This document shows, one piece after another, positions 53,033 through 60,532 of a stretch of DNA of 64,000 nucleotides. A program made the translations under genes and the position numbers. The notes under the pieces are model-generated. The model did not search any database. It was not told the DNA's origin and saw nothing but the letters and a program-made list of their open reading frames with translations. Every line of letters starts with the position of its first letter. Positions within the stretch are counted from its first letter, which is position 1. Origin of the DNA: Thermoplasmata archaeon (GTDB lineage Archaea > Thermoplasmatota > E2 > JACPAO01 > JAHFTW01); the NCBI GenBank assembly GCA_034667725.1, contig JAXDQS010000003.1:576001-640000 (forward strand). The letters run 5' to 3'.

Positions 53033-53294
53033 TTCACTTCCCTGTCCAACTGGTTTTGTTCTGGGGCTACTTCCTCCTGTTGCCATCAAAAATGCCCGTT
53101 GGCGGCGCTGGCTGGACGAGGACCCGGAGGTGCGCCTAAGACGGCCCCGGTCCCGCAATCGTGCTAGCCGATTTTGAGGTTCGTCGCGTACAAGCCGTCT
53201 TTCAGTAGGACGCGGGCTTTTGCTCGCTTCTTGGGTCGTGAAGTGGGCGAATACTGGACTTCTCGCCTTGTTTGCTGCCGGGAGGAGGGAAGGA

Positions 53295-53735
53295 TCAGCC
53301 GCCGCCGAACGCTTTCCTGACGAGCGCCGTGAGCTTGGCCTCGTCAGCCGCCGAGGGCTTGACGACCGCGAACGACGTCGCCCACATTCCGCCGTCATCG
53401 AGCTTGGCGGGCGTGTTGAAGCCGAAGGTGCAGTAGCGGTCCTTGAACTTCGCGCCGGGCTTGAAGAAGCATACGACCTTGTCGTCCATGCAGTAGGCCG
53501 GGAAGCCGTACCAGGTCTTCTGCTCGGCGTTCGGGACCGCGGCGACAACGATGTCGTGGATGCGTTGGGCAAGGGTGCGCTCCGCGGGCACCATGGCTGC
53601 GATGGCGGCTTTGAGGTCTGCCGGCCCGTTTCCCTTGCCGCGCTTGCGCTCCGCCATGAGATCCTTCATGGCAGCCTTCTCTCCGGCGGTGAGGCCAGTC
53701 GTCTTGGCGGGTTTGGCGGTTTTCTTGGCAGGCAT
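53295..53735 (-). CDS. DUF1801/YdhG-like protein
   Basis: KTWYGFPAY, VVCFF, RYCTFGF, MWATSFA. Confidence 0.8.
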   Translation of the reverse strand: MPAKKTAKPAKTTGLTAGEKAAMKDLMAERKRGKGNGPADLKAAIAAMVPAERTLAQRIHDIVVAAVPNAEQKTWYGFPAYCMDDKVVCFFKPGAKFKDRYCTFGFNTPAKLDDGGMWATSFAVVKPSAADEAKLTALVRKAFGGG

Positions 53736-53741
53736 GGAATT

Positions 53742-53925
53742 TCAGCTCCTCGTTGGCATCGCCGGTTGCAGGGCGAAGGGGGTGCCGTCCGGGTCGGTGA
53801 AGTACACCGCCTCCACATATGGCTGCCCCTTGGCTTCGGCCTTGAGTTTGAGGCCGCGGCCCTTGAGGTCGCAGCGTCACGCTGAAGGCCAGACCCGACG
53901 GTTCGTGGACGTTGAAGAAGCGGCG
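53742..53925 (-). pseudogene. Degenerate VOC/glyoxalase remnant
   Basis: DLKGRGL...VYFTDPDGTPFALQ in one frame, GLAFSVT in another; no intact 5' end. Confidence 0.6.
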
Positions 53926-54062
53926 CTAACAGGATTCCCTACCGGAACCTCTCGTTCAATCTTCTATCGCAATCCGGCGGGCCCCACTTCACCCCGCGCC
54001 CTGCAACGCCTTGCCTGGCATCCCTTAAGTCCCCCCGCTGGCCTCCTTGGCCGGGTTTCCCC

Positions 54063-54287
54063 ATGGCTCAAGCAATGACCTATGCCGCCGCCGGCCTCCT
54101 CGTCCTGTGCACGCTCGCCGCCCTCGCCCCGGTTGCCGCCGCCAATCCCGTCGGCGACTGCAACGGCGTCGTCGTCAACAGCCAGTTCACGGGCGTCTGC
54201 GTCATCCACAACTGCATCTCGTCGCCGAGCGGCACCGGCCTGGTCGTCTACGTCAACGGCAACCCTGGTCGCTGCATCGGGATTTGA
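54063..54287 (+). CDS. Small secreted Cys-containing protein
   Basis: Signal peptide; four Cys in mature part; CTTAAG TATA-like element upstream and pyrimidine tract downstream. Confidence 0.6.
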   Translation: MAQAMTYAAAGLLVLCTLAALAPVAAANPVGDCNGVVVNSQFTGVCVIHNCISSPSGTGLVVYVNGNPGRCIGI

Positions 54288-54319
54288 CGACGCAGCCCTC
54301 CCCTCTTTCCTTCCGTTTC

Positions 54320-54430
54320 TCACTCCATCCAGGCGCGGCACTGGGCGCACTTGGCGTCCCAGCCGCAGTAAGGGCACCAGTCGGTCGCCCAGCCGGGGGC
54401 CTTGAAGGCCATGATGTTGTCGTGGGTCAT
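54320..54430 (-). CDS. 36-aa CPxCG zinc-finger microprotein
   Basis: Hand translation MTHDNIMAFKAPGWATDWCPYCGWDAKCAQCRAWME*; GC-rich third positions. Confidence 0.65.
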   Translation of the reverse strand: MTHDNIMAFKAPGWATDWCPYCGWDAKCAQCRAWME

Positions 54431-54527
54431 GTCAGGTGGGAAAAGGTTCCGCGACGCCACAAGGCTGCCGCAGGGAGGCGCGAGATTCTATAGAGAACAG
54501 AAGGAGGGAAAAGGAGCCAGGACGCGC

Positions 54528-54683
54528 TTACTTGGCGCGCTCGGTGTGGCCGCACTTGCCGCAGTGCATGCGGTCTTCGTGGGCGGCCATGAAGACGCCG
54601 ACGCCGCACTTGGGGCACTGCTTCTTGGTGCGCACCAGCTTGTTGCCCTGGATCTCGTACAGCTTGGAGGCGGAGCCGGCCAT
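54528..54683 (-). CDS. rps27ae: 30S ribosomal protein S27ae
   Basis: Hand translation ...[28 protein letters not shown]; follows rps24e. Confidence 0.95.
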   Translation of the reverse strand: MAGSASKLYEIQGNKLVRTKKQCPKCGVGVFMAAHEDRMHCGKCGHTERAK

Positions 54684-54685
54684 GC

Positions 54686-55006
54686 TTAGGCCTCCTTCTT
54701 GGGGGCTTCCTTCTTCTTGGGCTCGACGTAGAGCGCGTTGCGCTTGAGCATGTGGACGCGCTCGGTGGCGCGGGCGGCGTCGGCCGACTTGTAGGCGCGG
54801 GCGGTGCCGGTGGTGGCGCCCATGCCGTAGCTGGACTCCATCGAGTCGATGACGACGTTCTCGGTCTTGGTGCCGAGCTCGGAGGCCACCAGTTGGCGGA
54901 CCTGGGTGCGGCTGGGCGTGGTCTCGCCGTCGTGGCGGAGCGCGAACTTAACTTCCTTGCGCGCGAGGAGGGCGTTCTCCTTCGCTTCCGTGATCTTGAG
55001 TTCCAT
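54686..55006 (-). CDS. rps24e: 30S ribosomal protein S24e
   Basis: [21 protein letters not shown]; AGGTGA RBS. Confidence 0.93.
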   Translation of the reverse strand: MELKITEAKENALLARKEVKFALRHDGETTPSRTQVRQLVASELGTKTENVVIDSMESSYGMGATTGTARAYKSADAARATERVHMLKRNALYVEPKKKEAPKKEA

Positions 55007-55113
55007 GGATTTCACCTTCGGCAGCCCCGGAGGGGTGCGTCAAGGCCCTTGCGGGCAGGTGGGCCGACCCTTGGACGGGGATAAGGCTTGCCGAGCGGAC
55101 CAGGGTCGGGGGG

Positions 55114-55177
55114 TTCGGTGTCCTCGGTGGAAGTAGGGTTCGCCCACCGATCCACCGAGCCCACCGAGGGCACCGAA
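55114..55177. repeat. REP-like palindrome with ~9-bp periodic CACCGA units
   Basis: Two TCGGTG units then four CACCGA units. Confidence 0.72.
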
Positions 55178-55189
55178 TGCTTGGGTCCG

Positions 55190-56224
55190 TCAGCCTTGCC
55201 GCTGCACGACCACCGTGAGCGTGTAGTCCTCGACGGTGACGCCGTCCTGGACGGGTCCCGTGATGGCGGTGGTGAACTCCCATTGGCTTTGTTGGGCGTA
55301 GGGGCCGTCGGCGTTGTTGGCGACCTCGATGTAGTAGGTGCGGGTGTTGCCTTCGGTGGCGTCGGGCTCGACGACCTGGAAGCTGCGGCCTTCGGCGCCG
55401 TGGTACGCCAGCGCGATGCCGGTGACGCCGTTGGTGACGGTGAGGGTGGCGATGACGACCTCGGCCTCGGGGGGCACGATGGTGCCGTTGGCGGGGACGT
55501 GGACGCGGCTGCAGGACAGGCCGTCGCAGCCGCCGTCGCCGGGGTCCTGGAGGTAGGCCATGCTGTGCGTCTCGTCCAGGAGGGCGACCTCGTTGGCGCC
55601 GTTCCAGCGGTCGGGGTGGCCGGGGTACAGCGGAATCTCCAGGCCGCGCACCGCCTCGACCTTGGCGTGGACGATGGCCTTGAAGCGGAGGCTGCCGAGG
55701 GTCGGGTCGCTGGAGGCGTGCAGCTCGACGACCCAGGCGGACAGCAGCTGGTGGGGGAGGTCGTTGTCGTTGTTGCTGGTCGGCACGGCGACGGTCTGGC
55801 CGGGCTCGATGGGGCCGACGAGGCGGGCGGCGCTGTCGGCGGCGGACTTCACCCACAGCGTGGGCGCGGCGTAGAAGTCGGTGTCCTCGGGCGTCCAGGC
55901 GAACGTGACCTCGACGGCGGCGGTGCCTTGCGGGACGACGTGGCCGGAGTCGGGGCGCCAGGCTTGGATCAAGGTGTCCTCGCCGCCGCCGAGGCCGGGC
56001 TGGGGGTCGGCGCCGTCGGCGTCCACGACCACCAGGCGGTCCCCGCCGCCCCAGTAGTCGTGCAGGTGCGGCTTGCTGGCGTTGTCGCCGGTGGAGTTGC
56101 CGTAGTCGTCCGGCCGGGTCACGACGATGGGGCCGTCGGTGCTGGACGAGGAGGAGCTGGGGCCGGCGGCGCATCCGGCCAGCAGGACGGCCAGGCAGAA
56201 GACGGCGCAAGGCGCAAGGCGCAT
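55190..56224 (-). CDS. Lipoprotein of unknown function
   Basis: Lipobox LLAGC, Ser-rich linker, acidic beta-rich body. Confidence 0.78.
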   Translation of the reverse strand: MRLAPCAVFCLAVLLAGCAAGPSSSSSSTDGPIVVTRPDDYGNSTGDNASKPHLHDYWGGGDRLVVVDADGADPQPGLGGGEDTLIQAWRPDSGHVVPQGTAAVEVTFAWTPEDTDFYAAPTLWVKSAADSAARLVGPIEPGQTVAVPTSNNDNDLPHQLLSAWVVELHASSDPTLGSLRFKAIVHAKVEAVRGLEIPLYPGHPDRWNGANEVALLDETHSMAYLQDPGDGGCDGLSCSRVHVPANGTIVPPEAEVVIATLTVTNGVTGIALAYHGAEGRSFQVVEPDATEGNTRTYYIEVANNADGPYAQQSQWEFTTAITGPVQDGVTVEDYTLTVVVQRQG

Positions 56225-56277
56225 GCCGGGCCAGCAGGGGGTCGCCTTCTTGGGGATTGTGGGACCTCGCGCCGGTA

Positions 56278-56326
56278 TTTTGGCGGACCTAAACCTTAAG
56301 TCAAAGCGGCTTTAGGGGCGCCGAAA
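56278..56326. promoter_or_regulatory. Two DtxR/MntR-type operator palindromes flanking a CTTAAG TATA-like element
   Basis: TTTTGG-CGGA-CCTAAA (56278-56293) and TTTAGG-GGCG-CCGAAA (56311-56326). Confidence 0.7.
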
Positions 56327-56328
56327 CC

Positions 56329-58638
56329 ATGGCGTCCGTCGACCCTGCCGCAGCACTCATCGGCCTGCGCGAAGGCCTCGAGGCCCTCCTGGTCCTGGGC
56401 ATCCTCCTGGGCCTGGTGCGCCGCTTCGGCCACCCCGAGAAGCAGGCCCTCCTGTGGATGGGCGCGGGCGCCGGCGTGGTCGCAAGCATCGTCGTCGGCC
56501 TCCTGGTGGCCCGCTTCGCCATGGGCTGGTTCGAGGACGCCGGCGGCGCGGCCCTGTTCGAGGTCGTCGTCGCGCTCACCGCGGTGGGCATCCTGACCTA
56601 CATGATCGTCTGGATGCAGCAGCACACCACCGAGCTCTTGGGGAAGGCCAAGCGGGCCGTGCAGGACGCCGCCACCGGGGGCCGCTGGATGGTGCTCGCC
56701 GCCCTCACCTTCGTCACCGTGTTCCGCGAAGGCCTGGAGACCGTGCTGTTCTACGCCGCCCGCAGCAGCGCCGTCTCCTGGGGCGACCTCCTCCTGTCCG
56801 GGGCCGTCGGCTTCGGCGCCAGCGCCCTCATCGCGGCCTTGGTGTTCGGCTTCACCGTCAAGGTGGACCTGCGCAAGTTCTTCGGCGTCACCGGCGCGTT
56901 CCTGATCCTCATCGCGGCCGGCCTGCTGATCCACGTCGTGCACGCCGCCGCCGACCTCGGCTGGATTCCCCACGGCGCCGCCCTCTGGGACACCTCCGGC
57001 GCCCTGCCCGACCACGACCACTGGCTCGGCGGCCCCTTGCACGCCCTCATTGGCTACGAGGACCAGCCCACCGCCCTCGGCCTGCTGCTGTACCTCGGCT
57101 ACATCGTCGGCGTCGGCGGCTGGTACCTCTCGCGCATCGTTGCCAAGGAGCGCCGCGCCGCCGCCCGCGCCACCTCGGCCGCGGTCTTCGTTGCCCTGCT
57201 GGCCGCGTTCGCCTTCACGGGCGCCCTGCCCACGGGTGCTGGCGACCACGGGCACGGCCACGACGACGACCGTTCGCGCGACGCTGACGAGGCCGTCGCC
57301 AGCCAGCTTGCCCAGGCCGCCGGCGCGGCCCTCGCCCGCATCGAGGCGGAAGGGCTGCGGGTCGGCGTGCTGGTGCGGGCGCACGGCGAGCCGGTCCACT
57401 ACAACGCCACCACCTACGCGTCGTTCAAGGCGTTCGTGGACGGCGTCTGGCCTTACACCGGCCTGCCGCCCGAGATGCTGCTGGTCGACCAAGGCACCAT
57501 CCTGCTCGACGACGCGCACCCCTTCGCGACGACGCCCCAAGCGGACGCCAGCTTCGTGGACGCCTGGCTCCGGTCCTACACGCTTCCCGCCATCCCCGTC
57601 ACGGACCCCGCCGGCGCCGCCGACGTCGACGAGGAGCTTGCGGGCGGCCAGTTCTACCTCGCCCCCGGCGCCGGCCCCGGCCTCGGCGAAGGCGACGTGT
57701 ACGAAGTCCTCGGCCTCGGCACCTACCGCACCTGGCTCAAGATGGAGAACGCGAGCCCGATGCACGGCGCCGTCGTCACCGCCTGGGACTCGGTCGAGCG
57801 GCAGGCGCAGGCGGTGTGGGGCGACCGCGTCGTCGTCGCCTTCGCGCACCACGTCGACCCCAAGATGGACCCCACCAAGACCATCGAAGCCGCCGCCCGG
57901 ACGCTGGCGGACGCCGGCGTGGACCTCGTCATCGACGCCTACATGTCGAGCGTCCACAGCGACGCCATGGACACCTGCATGATGCGGCCGCACACCGAGC
58001 ACGCGCTGCGCGCCGCCGGCTACACGGGCCCCATCGTCGCCGCCGGCATGGCCGGCACCACGCTCGCCTGGGCGCAGGCCACCGCCGACCGCGTCGTCCA
58101 ACTCGTCGCCGAGGCTCCGGCCGGCGCCAAGGTCAGCGTGTACCTCGCCCAGCACGGCGGCGACCCCGCCAGCACGAACCCCTGCGGCGAGGGCGCGGAC
58201 CAGTACCACGCCAACGCCGCCGCCGAGTTCGCGCTCGCCCAGGCCGCCATCGCGGCCGAGCTGGGCGGCAACGTGACGGTGCGCCAGGTCTACGGCCAGG
58301 GCGCCAGCGCGGCCGGCGGCCCGCTGTCGCCGGACGAGGCCTTGGCGCTCGACCGCGCGGCCGGCGTCGGCCACGTCGTCGTGCTGCCCTACGAGTTCTG
58401 GGGCAACGCCATGGACAACCTGGTGCCGCTGCGCGAGTCGTTCGGCTACACCGCCGACGACCTGCCCTACTACGGGCCGGGCCACGAGACCCGCCTGACG
58501 CGCGGCGGCGTCGACGTCCGCATCGCGTCCGCCGAGCACGGCACCGACGCCAAGGCGGGCGCGCTGCTGCTGCGCATCGCCGAGGCCATCGCGGGCGAGG
58601 CGGCGGCCGGGGCGCCGGCCGACCACGCCCACGACTGA
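56329..58638 (+). CDS. FTR1/EfeU iron permease fused to a class II chelatase (ferrochelatase-like) domain
   Basis: Two REGLE motifs, MIVWM, LWDTS, LIGY; extra TM, His/Asp linker; AHGEP, AQHG, VLPYEFWGNAMDNL. Confidence 0.8.
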   Translation: MASVDPAAALIGLREGLEALLVLGILLGLVRRFGHPEKQALLWMGAGAGVVASIVVGLLVARFAMGWFEDAGGAALFEVVVALTAVGILTYMIVWMQQHTTELLGKAKRAVQDAATGGRWMVLAALTFVTVFREGLETVLFYAARSSAVSWGDLLLSGAVGFGASALIAALVFGFTVKVDLRKFFGVTGAFLILIAAGLLIHVVHAAADLGWIPHGAALWDTSGALPDHDHWLGGPLHALIGYEDQPTALGLLLYLGYIVGVGGWYLSRIVAKERRAAARATSAAVFVALLAAFAFTGALPTGAGDHGHGHDDDRSRDADEAVASQLAQAAGAALARIEAEGLRVGVLVRAHGEPVHYNATTYASFKAFVDGVWPYTGLPPEMLLVDQGTILLDDAHPFATTPQADASFVDAWLRSYTLPAIPVTDPAGAADVDEELAGGQFYLAPGAGPGLGEGDVYEVLGLGTYRTWLKMENASPMHGAVVTAWDSVERQAQAVWGDRVVVAFAHHVDPKMDPTKTIEAAARTLADAGVDLVIDAYMSSVHSDAMDTCMMRPHTEHALRAAGYTGPIVAAGMAGTTLAWAQATADRVVQLVAEAPAGAKVSVYLAQHGGDPASTNPCGEGADQYHANAAAEFALAQAAIAAELGGNVTVRQVYGQGASAAGGPLSPDEALALDRAAGVGHVVVLPYEFWGNAMDNLVPLRESFGYTADDLPYYGPGHETRLTRGGVDVRIASAEHGTDAKAGALLLRIAEAIAGEAAAGAPADHAHD

Positions 58639-58649
58639 AACCGCGGCGG

Positions 58650-60407
58650 CTAGACCGCCGTGACCGCGACCCGCCGCGGCAGCGTGAAGTAGAACGTGGA
58701 GCCCCTGCCGTTGCCCTCGGAATGCACGCCGATGGTGCCGCCGTGCGCCTCGATGATGCCCTTGCAGATGTAGAGGCCGAGGCCGGTGCCGGCCTTGATG
58801 TCGCGCGGCTCGCCGACCTGGCTGAACGGCTGGAACAGCTTGCCGGCCTCGTCGCGGGCCAGGCCGCGGCCGGTGTCGCGCACCAGGAAGCGCACCGTCT
58901 CGGGGTCGCTCTCGACCACGACGTTGACCTTGCCGCCGGGGGGCGTGAACTTGAGGGCGTTGGAGACCAGGTTGAACAGCACCTGGGTCAGGCGGTCGGG
59001 GTCGGCCTCGACCCGCAGGTCGCCGGCCGGCACGTCGGTGCGCAGCTCGAGGCCGGCGGCCTGGGCCGAGTGCCCGAAGGCGTCGGCGCAGTCGGCCACC
59101 AGCAGGCGGATGTCCACGGCGGCGGGCGTGAGACGCAGGTGGGCGCTCTGCAGGCGGGCGACGTCGAGGACGTTCTGCACCAGGCCGGAGAGGCGCTCGA
59201 GGTTGCGGTCGAGGATCTGCACGGAGCGGCGCTGCGGCTCCGTGAGGGGGCCGAGCTTGGCGTCCCGCAGGGCGCGCAGCTGGAGCCGGAGCGGGGTGAG
59301 CGGGGTGTTGAGCTCGTGGCCGGCGGTGTTCAGGAGGTCGGTCTTGAACTGGTTGACCTCCTCGAGCCGCTCGATCTCCATGAGGCGCTGGCTGGCCACG
59401 ACGCGGTCCTGCTCGGCGCGGCGGCGCATCGTGACGTCGCGGAAGCTCCAGACGCGGCCGACGATGCGGTCGCCCATGCGTTGCGGCTTGGAGGTGCGCT
59501 CGAACACGCGGCCGTCAAGGAACTCGACCTCGTCCTCCGACTCGGCGGCGGGGTGGGCGTAGAGGTCGCGGACGCGGGCCAGGAAGGCGTCCGGGTCCTG
59601 GATCTGGCCGATGACGCTTGCGAGGGCGCGCTCGTCGACGCCGGAGCGCAGCACGTCGTCGGGGATGCCCCACATGGCGGCGAAGTGCTTGTTGTGGCTC
59701 GTGATGCGGCCGTCCAGGTCCACCACCAGGATGCCGTCGGCGGTGGCGTCGAGGGTGGCGCCGAGCTGCGAGGCGGTCTCCTGCAAGGTGTGGTTGGCCT
59801 CCTCGGTCTTGAGGCGGGCCTCCTCGCTGAAGCGCCAGGCGGCGATGGCGGCAGCGCTCGCGCACAGGATGAAGAAGGCGTGGACGCCCGCCCAGGCCCA
59901 GGGGTTGGCCAAGGCGCCGGGGTGGTTGTAGACCGCGTGCGGGTCGAGGGCGCCGACGACGCCGTGGTGGAACGCGACGAAGGCGATGGCCATCAGGAAC
60001 GGCCGCCAGTCCTGGTAGAGCGCCATGGTGGCGACGACGACGAAGAAGTGGAAGTGCATCTCGATCAGGCCGCCCGACAGATGCACCAGGATGGCGGACG
60101 AGGACACCAGGCCCAGGCCCGTCAGAGTCGCCCGGGCGGAGCGGTGCCAGCCCTCATGGCCGATGCGGGCCGGCCAGAGGCGAGGCAAGGCGGCGGCCAG
60201 CGCCACGGTGGCCACGATGGAGGCCTCCAGCAGGCTGTGCAGCAGGCCATGGCCCGTGAACATCCCGTAGCCGACGATGATCGGCACGTGGAACGCCAGC
60301 AGGCCCAGCATGACGTTATGGCGGTTCTGCCACTCCATGGCCGGCAAGGCCACGCCCCGCGGCAGCCAGACCGGCAGCCATCGATGCGCAGGATACGCGT
60401 GGCCCAC
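58650..60407 (-). CDS. Membrane sensor histidine kinase with PAS domain
   Basis: About six TM with GGLIEMHFHFF; PAS; HELNTPL, NLVSNALKF, DTGRG, GTGLGL. Confidence 0.92.
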   Translation of the reverse strand: MGHAYPAHRWLPVWLPRGVALPAMEWQNRHNVMLGLLAFHVPIIVGYGMFTGHGLLHSLLEASIVATVALAAALPRLWPARIGHEGWHRSARATLTGLGLVSSSAILVHLSGGLIEMHFHFFVVVATMALYQDWRPFLMAIAFVAFHHGVVGALDPHAVYNHPGALANPWAWAGVHAFFILCASAAAIAAWRFSEEARLKTEEANHTLQETASQLGATLDATADGILVVDLDGRITSHNKHFAAMWGIPDDVLRSGVDERALASVIGQIQDPDAFLARVRDLYAHPAAESEDEVEFLDGRVFERTSKPQRMGDRIVGRVWSFRDVTMRRRAEQDRVVASQRLMEIERLEEVNQFKTDLLNTAGHELNTPLTPLRLQLRALRDAKLGPLTEPQRRSVQILDRNLERLSGLVQNVLDVARLQSAHLRLTPAAVDIRLLVADCADAFGHSAQAAGLELRTDVPAGDLRVEADPDRLTQVLFNLVSNALKFTPPGGKVNVVVESDPETVRFLVRDTGRGLARDEAGKLFQPFSQVGEPRDIKAGTGLGLYICKGIIEAHGGTIGVHSEGNGRGSTFYFTLPRRVAVTAV

Positions 60408-60532
60408 GCCGTCCTTTGGGAGTTGACCCCTATTTGGGCTGGCGGGGCCAAGGTTTAAGACCCCAGGCCGCGGACCCGCGACTTCCACGGGCCTCCGATG
60501 CCTCTATGGGGGACATCCGCTGGCGCCCGCCC

